A stretch of 35,160 nucleotides of DNA from a virus (IMGVR_UViG_3300024051_000009:1-35160); one strand, 5' to 3'; counted from the first letter of the stretch, positions 16,595 through 25,288 are shown. Numbers and translations are program-made. Notes: generated by a model not told the origin, from the letters alone.

Positions 16595-16963
16595 CTAGAC
16601 GCGCGCGCTGTACCGCTTGATCGCGGCCTGGTGCGTGACCCCGAGCGCCGCGCCGATCTCGGTCCACGTCACGCCCTTCGCGCGAGCGTCTCGCACGGCG
16701 GACTCAACGGCCCCCTCGGCGGCGACCCGCTCGGCGACCGCCTGCTCGATACCGGCCACGGCAGAGCGGTCCCGCACGGCCGTGCTCGCGGGATCGAGCT
16801 GCTCGAGCCGCGCGAGCAGAGCGGCATCGGGGTCGTCGTCGGGGACCCCCTTGCGGTCACCCGTGCGACGAAGCGCACGCACGCGCCCCATCTCGGTGCT
16901 GACGGTCTTGGCCCCGATGCGTGCACCGGTGCTCGTCTTGCTGGTGTTCCGGACTGCCTTCAT
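16595..16963 (-). CDS. Putative antitoxin with C-terminal HTH
   Basis: AVRDARAKGVTWTEIGAALGVTHQAAIKRY; downstream of a small toxin-like gene; GAGGAAGG RBS. Confidence 0.75.
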   Translation of the reverse strand: MKAVRNTSKTSTGARIGAKTVSTEMGRVRALRRTGDRKGVPDDDPDAALLARLEQLDPASTAVRDRSAVAGIEQAVAERVAAEGAVESAVRDARAKGVTWTEIGAALGVTHQAAIKRYSARV

Positions 16964-16987
16964 GGTGTCACCGCCCCTTCCTCTCGC

Positions 16988-17203
16988 TCACGGCCAGAAC
17001 CTCCGACGCGCGGGCATCGCGTGGATGATCCGGGGGTCCTCGTCGTCCTCGACCACGCCGACCTCAAGCATCGCGCCGTCCGCGGCGGGGCCGATGAACA
17101 TCACGACCTCGCCCTGGTCGAAGACCCGGACGTAGTTGCGGAGCGCGTGCTCGGCGTCAGTGTGGCTGACCCCGTGCTTGTCGGCGCTCCGCGTGAACCT
17201 CAT
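16988..17203 (-). CDS. Putative RelE/BrnT-fold toxin (71 aa)
   Basis: MRFTRSADKHGVSHTDAEHAL...FIGP...LEVGV...IIHAMPAR, typical of small actinobacterial toxins. Confidence 0.72.
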   Translation of the reverse strand: MRFTRSADKHGVSHTDAEHALRNYVRVFDQGEVVMFIGPAADGAMLEVGVVEDDEDPRIIHAMPARRRFWP

Positions 17204-17206
17204 GAG

Positions 17207-17250
17207 TGCAACTATAGTTGCAAACGAGAGAGGATGCAACCCAAGTTGCA
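17207..17250 (-). promoter_or_regulatory. TA promoter (leaderless) with two operators
   Basis: TGCAACTATAGTTGCA (17207-17222, perfect) and TGCAACCCAAGTTGCA (17235-17250); minus-strand -35 TTGCAT/17 bp/-10 TATAGT just upstream of the toxin ATG. Confidence 0.75.
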
Positions 17251-17449
17251 GAACGCGTCGACCCTCATCGACACCCGCGCCGCAGCCGTCGCAGCCAACG
17301 TCCCACCCGGCACCATCCGACGCTGGGCACACGAAGGCCGCATCGCACGCCACGGCACCGACAACCACCGGCGCACCCTCTACGACCTCAACGAGGTCAC
17401 CCGCGTCGCCGACACCATCGCCGCTCGCCGCCCTGGCGCGTCTAGTTGA
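17234..17449 (+). CDS. MerR-like HTH protein (possible late regulator)
   Basis: LIDTRAAAVAANVPPGTIRRWAHEGRI...LYDLNEV; start uncertain. Confidence 0.7.
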   Translation: MQPKLQNASTLIDTRAAAVAANVPPGTIRRWAHEGRIARHGTDNHRRTLYDLNEVTRVADTIAARRPGASS

Positions 17450-17465
17450 CGAAGACGAGCGTCTA
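17439..17465. promoter_or_regulatory. Switch #1-type operator at the early/late boundary
   Basis: CGTCTA-N7-AAGACG (17439-17457) containing TTGACG, plus half-site CGTCTA at 17460 (21-bp period). Confidence 0.55.
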
Positions 17466-17665
17466 GTGAACACTCGTCCGCAGTGGGACACGTGTACCCA
17501 CACCAGGGTCGAGGACTCAACACCCTCCCCAACCGCTCCCGTCCCGGGCCGCACAACCCGACGTGACAACCAGGAGCGACCAACACCCGCGGTGCCCGCC
17601 CGACTGTGAGGGGTCCAGGCGGGCACCGCGGGCCCCGCACCACCCAGGGGAGGCGCACCGCCCTC

Positions 17666-18022
17666 ATGCCCACCGCCCGCCCCGAACGCTGCCCAGCCCC
17701 CGGCTGCCATGCACTGACCACCGAACACGGACGCTGCCCCGACCACCAACGCAAGCCGTGGGAGAACCCCTCAGCGAACACCCGCACCCTCACCCGCGCC
17801 GACCGCCGACGCTTCCACGACGCCGTCCTCACCCGCGACCCCCGATGCGTATGCACCGGACAGTGCGGCACCACCCACCACAGCCCATGCGGTGCCCCCT
17901 CCACCGAGGCCGACCACATCGTCCCCATCGCGCACGGCGGCGCACACACCGACCCGACCAACGGCCGCGGCCTCTGCCACCACTGCCACCAAGGCATCAC
18001 CCGAAGGACACCCCGCCGATGA
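17666..18022 (+). CDS. Packaging-associated HNH endonuclease
   Basis: CPAPGC...RCPDH...EADHIVPIAHGG...NGRGLCHHCH; GGGAGG RBS; upstream of terminase. Confidence 0.88.
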   Translation: MPTARPERCPAPGCHALTTEHGRCPDHQRKPWENPSANTRTLTRADRRRFHDAVLTRDPRCVCTGQCGTTHHSPCGAPSTEADHIVPIAHGGAHTDPTNGRGLCHHCHQGITRRTPRR

Positions 18023-18345
18023 CCGACACCACCCACCACCCCGACCACATCGCCGCCGTCCGCGACGCCGTCGACACGGTCCTCGGGCGACACACCGGCG
18101 TCATGCTGTCCGACACCGAAGCCGACGCGATCCTCACCGAGCTCGACCGTGCCGCGTACTCCCTCGCATGGGACGACGACACGACCCCTACCGCGACCGA
18201 GCACCCCACCACCGCCCCACCCCCGGCCACACCGGCGACCGTCACCGTCGACGTCGCCGCACTCGTCGTGACCGCGATCCACAACCCCGGGCACGACATC
18301 CCCGAGATGGTCCGACACATCACCACTGCCGCGACCAACGGCTGA
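18019..18345 (+). CDS. Hypothetical protein
   Basis: ATGA-coupled, AAGGA RBS. Confidence 0.6.
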   Translation: MTDTTHHPDHIAAVRDAVDTVLGRHTGVMLSDTEADAILTELDRAAYSLAWDDDTTPTATEHPTTAPPPATPATVTVDVAALVVTAIHNPGHDIPEMVRHITTAATNG

Positions 18346-18358
18346 ACCAACAACCACA

Positions 18359-18455
18359 CCACCGGGTGAAACACGCCCACCCCCTAGGGGTGTCGCGAAC
18401 TTCACCCGGTGGGCCAAAACCGCGCCGCCGACCCTCGGCGCGTGCCGCTGAGGGT
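18359..18455. other. Candidate cos/packaging region
   Basis: Dyad CCACCGGGTGAA-N10-CCCCTAGGGG-N10-TTCACCCGGTGG (18359-18412) and ACCCTC...GAGGGT (18431-18455); between HNH and TerS; strand composition flips from C/A-rich to G/T-rich here. Confidence 0.55.
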
Positions 18456-18492
18456 TGCCGACCCGTTTATCCGCAGGGAGGCGGTGTCCACC

Positions 18493-18963
18493 GTGGGTGA
18501 ACGCGGACCGTTGAAGCTGCCGCCTCTGCGGGTCGTCGCAGACGGGGAGGTCGTCGTCGACGGTGACCCCGGCCCGACGACCGCGCACACGGCGATCCGG
18601 CCGCAGCGACCGGTGAAGCCGGCGGGACTTCCGAAGGCCGCTGAACCGATGTGGGACGAGATCGTCGACGCGCTCGACGCGGCCGGTCTCATCGCTCGGT
18701 GCGATGCCGCGACGCTCGAGCTCGCGCTCCGGCACTACCTCGCCGCGGTCCGTGCGTCGAACGCGCTCATGCGGTCAGCGGTCACGCAGGAGGACAAGAA
18801 GAACCAGCGGGTGATGAAGAACCCAGCGTCGCAGGTGTTCCGGGACCATTCGACCGCGTTCCTCGAGTTCGCGAAGCAGCTCGGGCTCACGTTCGTCTCG
18901 CGGGCACGTGTCCCGCTGGGCGACAAGGAGGCCGGAGGTGGGGCGCACAACCCGTTCGCGTAG
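18493..18963 (+). CDS. terS: Terminase small subunit (P27-like)
   Basis: MGERGP...P..L...AEPMWDEI...KNPA...FAKQLGLTFVSRAR. Confidence 0.88.
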   Translation: MGERGPLKLPPLRVVADGEVVVDGDPGPTTAHTAIRPQRPVKPAGLPKAAEPMWDEIVDALDAAGLIARCDAATLELALRHYLAAVRASNALMRSAVTQEDKKNQRVMKNPASQVFRDHSTAFLEFAKQLGLTFVSRARVPLGDKEAGGGAHNPFA

Positions 18964-20686
18964 GCGTGTCGTCGAACGCGAGGAGACGTGGTCCGCGCCG
19001 CTGTCACCCGAGGTGCTGTGGTACCTCGACGACCGCGGGTACGTCCTGCCGGAGACGGTCGAGCCGCTGTGGCGCACACCGGAACCGCGGGACGTCGAGG
19101 GCGCGTGGTTCGACCCGGTGCGGGTCGACAAGGTCATCGCGGCGCTGTCGATGTTGCGGCACACGCAGGGGAAGTGGGCGGGCCGCCCACTGGTCCCGGA
19201 CGTGTGGCAGATCGCTTACGTCCTCGCGCCGGTGTTCGGGTGGGTGCACCGTGACAGCTCGGGTGACGTGGTGCGGATCATCCGGTCCGCGTGGGTCGAG
19301 GTCCCGCGGAAGGCCGGGAAGACGACCCTGTCGTCCGGGCTCGGGCTCGTGCTCGCGTTCGCGGACGGTGAGCCCGGTGCGCAGGTGTACGCCGCGGCCG
19401 GGTCGAAGGAGCAGGCGTGGAACGCGTACCGGCCGGCGAAGTTGATTGCGGAGCACTCGCCTGCGTTCAAGGCGGCGGGCATCCGGTCGCTCACGAAGGA
19501 GATCGTGAAGCCGATCGACCAGTCGTTCATGAAGGCGGTCGCGTCGGTCGGTGACCTGCTGCAGGGCACGAACCCGCACGGGTACATCGTCGACGAGCTG
19601 CACGTGCACAAGTCGTCCGAGGTGATCGACGCGCTCGAGTCGGGTGTCGGTGCACGGTCGCAGCCGCTCGGCATCATCATCACGACCGCCGACGACGGTG
19701 GCGACCTCACCGTGTACGCGGACCGGCGGGCGCGGATCGAGATGATCGCGAAGGGGACGGTCGTCTCGCACACCGAGTACGGGGTCGTGTTCGGTGCGCG
19801 CCGGTCCGACGACCCGTACGCGGAGGAGACGTGGGCGGCTGCGAACCCCGGGTACGGGGTGTCCCCGACGCGGGAGTTCATGGAGACGGAGGCGCAGAAG
19901 GCGCGGTCGTCGCCGGCGCAGCTCGCGCGGTTCCTGCGACTGAACCTGAACGTGCGGACCAAGCAGGAGACACGGTTCGTGAACATGTCGACGTGGGACG
20001 CGAACGCCGGGGTGATCGACGACGAGTCCGAACTCGAGGGCATGTCGTGCTACACCGGGCTCGACCTCGCATCCGTGTCCGACCTGTCCGCGGTGTGTCA
20101 CCTGTTCCCGATGGGGGACGGGACGTTCACCGCGCTGTGGAGGTTCTGGACCCCGGAAGACAACGTCGAGTCGCTGGACCGGCGGACGAACGGTGCGGCG
20201 TCCCGGTGGGTCACCGATGGGTGGCTCGAGACGACACCGGGGAACGTGACGGACTACGACTACATCGAGTCGCAGCTCGTCGAGGACGCCGAGACGTTCG
20301 ACATCAGGTCGTTCGGGTACGACCCGTACGGGGCGACGCAGCTCGTGAACACGCTCGCCGACGGGTACGGCATGCCGATGGTGAAGGTCAGGCAGGGGTT
20401 CCTGTCGCTGTCGCAGCCGATGAAGGAGTGCCAGCGGTTGCTGCTGCAGGGTGAGCACGCCGGTCGTCCGGTCCTCCGGCACGGGGGGAACCCCGTCATG
20501 CGGTGGATGACCGACAACCTCGCGGTCGAGTTCGACGCAGCCGGGAACGTGAAGCCGTCGAAGAAGTCCGGCGGGACGAGCGGGAACAAGATCGACGGCT
20601 GGTCCGCGCTCGTGACCGCCATGTCCGAGTGCATCGCCGAGGGCGGTGCCACTGACGCGTACGCCGACGGTATGTCCGTCGCGTGA
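18938..20686 (+). CDS. terL: Terminase large subunit
   Basis: EVPRKAGKTT (Walker A), IVDELH (Walker B), ITTA, GLDLAS, KIDG; GTG 18938 with AAGGAGG RBS. Confidence 0.96.
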   Translation: MGRTTRSRRRVVEREETWSAPLSPEVLWYLDDRGYVLPETVEPLWRTPEPRDVEGAWFDPVRVDKVIAALSMLRHTQGKWAGRPLVPDVWQIAYVLAPVFGWVHRDSSGDVVRIIRSAWVEVPRKAGKTTLSSGLGLVLAFADGEPGAQVYAAAGSKEQAWNAYRPAKLIAEHSPAFKAAGIRSLTKEIVKPIDQSFMKAVASVGDLLQGTNPHGYIVDELHVHKSSEVIDALESGVGARSQPLGIIITTADDGGDLTVYADRRARIEMIAKGTVVSHTEYGVVFGARRSDDPYAEETWAAANPGYGVSPTREFMETEAQKARSSPAQLARFLRLNLNVRTKQETRFVNMSTWDANAGVIDDESELEGMSCYTGLDLASVSDLSAVCHLFPMGDGTFTALWRFWTPEDNVESLDRRTNGAASRWVTDGWLETTPGNVTDYDYIESQLVEDAETFDIRSFGYDPYGATQLVNTLADGYGMPMVKVRQGFLSLSQPMKECQRLLLQGEHAGRPVLRHGGNPVMRWMTDNLAVEFDAAGNVKPSKKSGGTSGNKIDGWSALVTAMSECIAEGGATDAYADGMSVA

Positions 20687-20907
20687 AGGGGGTGGCCGTC
20701 GTGAGGCTGCGTTGTCGGGCGACCGTCCTCGTGACGCTCATCGACGGGACCGTCGTGCGTGGTGTCGTGACGCGGGCGTGGCGGTGGCGGGTCATCCGCC
20801 TCGTCGACGTGGACGCGATGACCGGACAGGGCCCGGTGCCTGCTGCAGGTCCAGTGCTGATCCCGCACCGGTCGGTGCTGCTCGCGCAGGAGGTCACCCG
20901 TGGCTGA
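20683..20907 (+). CDS. Small hypothetical protein between terminase and portal
   Basis: Overlaps both neighbours; beta-rich VLVTLIDGTVVRG. Confidence 0.65.
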   Translation: MKGVAVVRLRCRATVLVTLIDGTVVRGVVTRAWRWRVIRLVDVDAMTGQGPVPAAGPVLIPHRSVLLAQEVTRG

Positions 20908-22150
20908 CTCCCCGTCCTGGCTTGGCGGCAACGCGATCACGTGGGGTGACGGGCGGGCACAGTCCGCCGACACGTGGGGCGACCGCCTCCCGTTCCCTGT
21001 CGCTGACCCGCCGACCCCGATGTCGGACCTCGCGATCCCGCACCGCATGAACCCGCTGCGGGTGTGGAAGTCGCAGCCGTCGCTGCGGAAGGTCGTCGGG
21101 TTCGTCGCCCGGAACATCGCGGCCGTCCCGATGCACGTGTACGTGCGGGTCGACGACACCGACCGGCAGCGGTCGGTCGAGTCCGAGACGCTGCTGCGGC
21201 AGCCCGCCCCGTTCGTCACCGGCCCGCGGCTCGTGCACGACACGATCGTCGACTGGATGCTGTACGACCGGTGGTGCGTGGTCCTCGTCGACGGCGTCCT
21301 GCGGCGTATCCCCGCCGGTCTGCTCGACGTGAAGGCCGACTTCCTCGGTGGGCTCACCGCCCTGCGGGTCCGGACCGTCGAAGGGCTCGTCGACGTCACC
21401 GACGCGACCGTCGCGTACGACGCCGGGTGGGCCGGGGACCGGGAAGGCGGCGTGTCGCCACTGACCACCATCTCCGATCTGCTCACCGAGCAGGCGCGGG
21501 CAGTGCAGTCGCGCCGCGAGTGGTGGGACGAGTCCGCGCGCATCTCCGGGCTCCTGCAGACCGACAAGGTGCTGCAGCGGCAGAACCGGGAACGGCTCCT
21601 CGAGTCGTGGCGCGAGTACCGCGACACCAAGGCAGGCGGTACCCCGCTGCTCGAGGACGGGGTCACCTACCAGGCGATCGCGCGACCGAAGCCGTCGGAC
21701 GCGGACGACCTCGTCGGGCGTCAGCTCACCGACGCTGAGGTGTCGTCGACGTACTACATCCCGCCGGAGCTCGTCGGTGCCCGCGCCGGGAACTTCGCGT
21801 CCATCGCAGTGTTCCGGCAGATGCTGTACGGTCCCGCGCTCGGCCCGTACATGACCCGGTACGAGGCGGCGTGGAACGCGCGGATCATCCCGGCGCTCGC
21901 ACCCGCCGGCGGGTACGGCGAGTTCGCACGCGACGCCGCGCTCGCCGGTTCGTTCGCCGAGCAGGCCGAGGTGCTGTCCCGGTCGACGGGTGGCCCGTGG
22001 CTCCTGCGGTCCGAGGCACGTGCACGGCAGAACCTGCCGTACGTCGACGGGACAGACGAGCTCATCGTCCCGAAGAACGTGTCCGAAGGTGGGCTCGCAT
22101 CACCCGCGGACACGGCACCGAACAACGACCCCGCGTGGGGCACACCATGA
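20900..22150 (+). CDS. Portal protein (HK97 family)
   Basis: Position; GGVSPL, TPLLEDGVTY, YYIPPELVG, SEARARQNLP. Confidence 0.92.
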   Translation: MADSPSWLGGNAITWGDGRAQSADTWGDRLPFPVADPPTPMSDLAIPHRMNPLRVWKSQPSLRKVVGFVARNIAAVPMHVYVRVDDTDRQRSVESETLLRQPAPFVTGPRLVHDTIVDWMLYDRWCVVLVDGVLRRIPAGLLDVKADFLGGLTALRVRTVEGLVDVTDATVAYDAGWAGDREGGVSPLTTISDLLTEQARAVQSRREWWDESARISGLLQTDKVLQRQNRERLLESWREYRDTKAGGTPLLEDGVTYQAIARPKPSDADDLVGRQLTDAEVSSTYYIPPELVGARAGNFASIAVFRQMLYGPALGPYMTRYEAAWNARIIPALAPAGGYGEFARDAALAGSFAEQAEVLSRSTGGPWLLRSEARARQNLPYVDGTDELIVPKNVSEGGLASPADTAPNNDPAWGTP

Positions 22151-22941
22151 CGACGGGAGACAGCACGATGGGTGCGACGACGAAGGTCGACCGTGCGGGG
22201 ACCGTGGTCCGCAAGACCGCACGGGTGACCGTGACGAAGGTCGACGCGGCAGGCGACGGGCCCGGCGGGTTCGACGCACTCGTCGCGGTCTTCGGGAACG
22301 AGGACTCGCAGGGCGACATCGTCATCCCCGGTGCCTTCACGGCCGCGCTCGCGGCGCGTGACGTGTTCCCCGTCCTGTGGGCGCACCAGTTCCACGACGA
22401 CAGCGCGATCCTCGGATCGGCGACCGCGGAGCAGACCGACGACGGGCTCGTGTTCCACGCGACGTTCCTCGACACGCCGCGCGCGCAGAACGTGCGGGCG
22501 CTCATGGCTGCTGGGCTCGTCACCGAGTTCTCGTGGTCCGGCCGGGTGACCGAGGGCGCATGGGTCGAGACTGACGACGACTGGTGGTACGAGATTCGGT
22601 CGGTCGACCTGTGGGAAGCGGGTCCGTGCTTCAAGGGCGCGAACGATGAGACCGAGCTGCTGGGCGTGAAGGCTGCGACGGTCGCTGCGCTCGACGTCGC
22701 CCGCAAGGAAGGGCGCGTCCTCGCGCAGAAGCACGTCGATGCGCTGAAGTCCGCGATCGGGTCGCTGACCGACCTGCTCGCCGCCGTCGAGACGATCACC
22801 GAGCCCGACGAGGAGAAGGCGGACGACCCGCCGTCCGCCGCGAAGACCCCGGACGCTGACGCGGACGGAACCCAGGAGCCCACGGCACCCGCCGTGGGCT
22901 TCGTCATTTCCACCACGAAGGCGCGGCTCGCGCTCGCCTGA
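22147..22941 (+). CDS. Prohead (capsid maturation) protease
   Basis: VFGNEDSQGDIVIPGAF, PVLWAH, EFSW, DLWEAGPCFKGAN. Confidence 0.92.
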   Translation: MTTGDSTMGATTKVDRAGTVVRKTARVTVTKVDAAGDGPGGFDALVAVFGNEDSQGDIVIPGAFTAALAARDVFPVLWAHQFHDDSAILGSATAEQTDDGLVFHATFLDTPRAQNVRALMAAGLVTEFSWSGRVTEGAWVETDDDWWYEIRSVDLWEAGPCFKGANDETELLGVKAATVAALDVARKEGRVLAQKHVDALKSAIGSLTDLLAAVETITEPDEEKADDPPSAAKTPDADADGTQEPTAPAVGFVISTTKARLALA

Positions 22942-22961
22942 CACAGAAAGGCAGGGGCCAC

Positions 22962-24209
22962 ATGGACCCGCAGAAGGAGCTCGAGGCTCTGGACGCCGAG
23001 CGCGTCACCCTCCTCGAGAAGGCCAACACGTCCCCGGAGGCGTTCACCGCCGAGGACGCGGACCGTGCCGACGAGGTCGTCAAGCGCATCGGCGAGCTCA
23101 AGGAGCACATCACGAAGCGTGACGCGGCGACGTCGCGGCTGCGCGCCGCGGGCGTCGGCAAGACCGCGGAGAAGTCGGCCGACGAGGACGACGACAGCCA
23201 GGCGACCGGCGGTATCGGTGACCGGTTCGTCACGTCGGGCGCATACCGCGCGCACCGCAAGGCGAACCCGCAGGGCGTCAACGGTGGACCCGTGCGCTTC
23301 AAGACCGCCGCCCTCGGCGGTCTCGTCGCGAAGGCAGCGGGCGACGCGGACCCGATCAGCACCGGCCTCGGTGGCGCGATCCAGTACGAGCGTCAGCCGG
23401 GCATCCTCGACATCACGTACCCGAAGCGGCCGACGCTGCTCGACCTCATCACGCGCGGCACCACGGCGTCCGCGTACGTCGAGTTCCGTCGCCTCATCGC
23501 TGTCACGTCCGCCGCTGCGGTCGTGCCGGAGAAGGGCCTCAAGCCGCTGTCGACGCTCTCGACGGACACGGCGCAGGCGATCGCGCACGTCATCGCCGAC
23601 GGCTTCAAGGTCACGAACCAGGAGCTCGAGGACGACGGTCTCATCGCGTCGCTCCTGAACTCGGTCCTCGCCCGGAACATCTGGTCGAAGATCGAAGACC
23701 TCGTGCTCAACGGCTCGGGCACGAACGAGCCGCGCGGCATCCTCAACACCTCCGGCACCCTGAGCCAGGCGTTCGACACCGACTTCGTCACCACGACGCG
23801 GAAGGCGATCACGACGCTCCGGGAGACGTCGGAGACGGACGTTCAGGCGTTCATCCTGTCGCCCGAGGACGACGAGGCGCTGGACCTCCTCGCCGACGAC
23901 AACGGCCGCTACTACTCCGGCGGACCGTTCGGGTCGGGTCCGGCGACCCTGTGGGGCCGTCCCCGCGTCGTGTCGCCCAAGCTCGACCCGGGAGTCTTCC
24001 TCGCCGGTGACTTCCGGTCGATCCAGCTCCTCGAGCGTCACGGCCTTGCCGTCGAAGCGTTCAACCAGAACGAGGACGACGCGCGGAACAACCTCGTGTA
24101 CCTGCGTGCCGAGGTGCGCGAGCTGCTGCTCGTGCGTGAGCCCGCCCGCCTCCTCGTCGGTGCCGGCTCGGCGTCCGTCGAGGTGCCCGACGAGGAGGAC
24201 GACGAGTGA
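22962..24209 (+). CDS. Major capsid protein (HK97 fold)
   Basis: N-terminal coiled delta domain; EDLVLNGSGTNEPRGILN; LWGRPRV; GDF; RAEVR. Confidence 0.94.
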   Translation: MDPQKELEALDAERVTLLEKANTSPEAFTAEDADRADEVVKRIGELKEHITKRDAATSRLRAAGVGKTAEKSADEDDDSQATGGIGDRFVTSGAYRAHRKANPQGVNGGPVRFKTAALGGLVAKAAGDADPISTGLGGAIQYERQPGILDITYPKRPTLLDLITRGTTASAYVEFRRLIAVTSAAAVVPEKGLKPLSTLSTDTAQAIAHVIADGFKVTNQELEDDGLIASLLNSVLARNIWSKIEDLVLNGSGTNEPRGILNTSGTLSQAFDTDFVTTTRKAITTLRETSETDVQAFILSPEDDEALDLLADDNGRYYSGGPFGSGPATLWGRPRVVSPKLDPGVFLAGDFRSIQLLERHGLAVEAFNQNEDDARNNLVYLRAEVRELLLVREPARLLVGAGSASVEVPDEEDDE

Positions 24210-24511
24210 GCGCCGTCCGCTCGCGGCTCGGTAGCGGCATGGTCGTCGTCGGGGGTGTCCGCTACACCGCCGACGACGCCCGCCGCCTCGGGTTCACCGG
24301 CCCGGCGGGTGTGAAGCCCGCCGGGCCGCACGAGCCCAAGGACGCTGACTCGACGCCGGACGTGCACGACGAGCCGGAGGAGGACGACGGTGAGCGAACC
24401 GATGAGCACGCCGACGACGGGGCTGCTGGCGAGCCCGGCGGACCTCGCCGAACGGCTCCACGTCGACGCGGCCGACGCGGGGCTGCTGCTGGCGCTGAGG
24501 CGGGCGAGTAG
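24206..24511 (+). CDS. Small head-associated protein
   Basis: GTGA-coupled to MCP; MVVVGGVRYTADDARRLG; overlaps the next gene by 122 bp. Confidence 0.5.
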   Translation: MSAVRSRLGSGMVVVGGVRYTADDARRLGFTGPAGVKPAGPHEPKDADSTPDVHDEPEEDDGERTDEHADDGAAGEPGGPRRTAPRRRGRRGAAAGAEAGE

Positions 24512-24959
24512 CCGCCTCGAGGGTGCAATCGGGTACCCCGTGCTCCGCGTCGACGACGACGTCGTCACGCTCACCGGGGACGGGTCGCGTCGGCTACTGC
24601 TGCCGGCGCGACCCGTCGTCGCGGTGACATCCGTCGTCGTCGACGGTGCCGCACTGATCGACGCCGACTACACGTGGTCACGGTGGTCGGGGATCATGCG
24701 GCGCGCCGCCGGGCACGTGTGGCCCGACGAGCTCGACGTCGTCGAGGTCACGTACACCCATGGGTGGGACGTGGTCCCCGGGGACATCCAGGACGCGGTC
24801 CTCGAGCAGGCCGAGCAGACGTACAACGTCGAACCGGCGATCGCGTCGCGGGGGTCCGGGTCAGAGTCGGTTGCGTACTTCGCGACCGCGTCGACCGGTG
24901 TCACGCAGCGGTGGGTCGACGTCGTCGACCGGTACCGGCTCGCCGGTGACGACGCATGA
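24390..24959 (+). CDS. Head-to-tail adaptor
   Basis: LASPADL...LLLPARPVVAVTSV...VTYTHGWDVVPGDI. Confidence 0.85.
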   Translation: MSEPMSTPTTGLLASPADLAERLHVDAADAGLLLALRRASSRLEGAIGYPVLRVDDDVVTLTGDGSRRLLLPARPVVAVTSVVVDGAALIDADYTWSRWSGIMRRAAGHVWPDELDVVEVTYTHGWDVVPGDIQDAVLEQAEQTYNVEPAIASRGSGSESVAYFATASTGVTQRWVDVVDRYRLAGDDA

Positions 24960-25288
24960 GCACCCTGCACCGCGAGGTGCTGACCGTGTGTCTCGTGACG
25001 ACCGGCATCCCGGACTCCGACGGGGTGCCGGTCGTCACGACCACGACACGACCGTGGGGTCCCTGCAATGTGCAGCAGTCCGGGACGACGGAAGAACGCA
25101 ACGGCCGGGAGGTCGTCACCGTCGGGCTGCGTGCGTCTGGTCCGCTCGCCGAGTGGGTCTCCGCGGGGGACATCATCGAGCGTCCCCGCGACGGTGCCGT
25201 CTACCAGGTCGACGGTGCGCCCGCTCACTACGTCGGCGGGGCGCTCGACCACACCGAGGTACGGCTCGTCGCATGGTCGGGGGTGTGA
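24956..25288 (+). CDS. Head closure/stopper protein
   Basis: Position; YQVDGAP...LDHTEVRL. Confidence 0.75.
   Translation: MSTLHREVLTVCLVTTGIPDSDGVPVVTTTTRPWGPCNVQQSGTTEERNGREVVTVGLRASGPLAEWVSAGDIIERPRDGAVYQVDGAPAHYVGGALDHTEVRLVAWSGV

Noticed and set aside
9978-17250. Independent satellite or second integrated element
   Set aside because: No integrase, transposase, att duplication or terminal repeats seen, and it carries the same operator as switch #1
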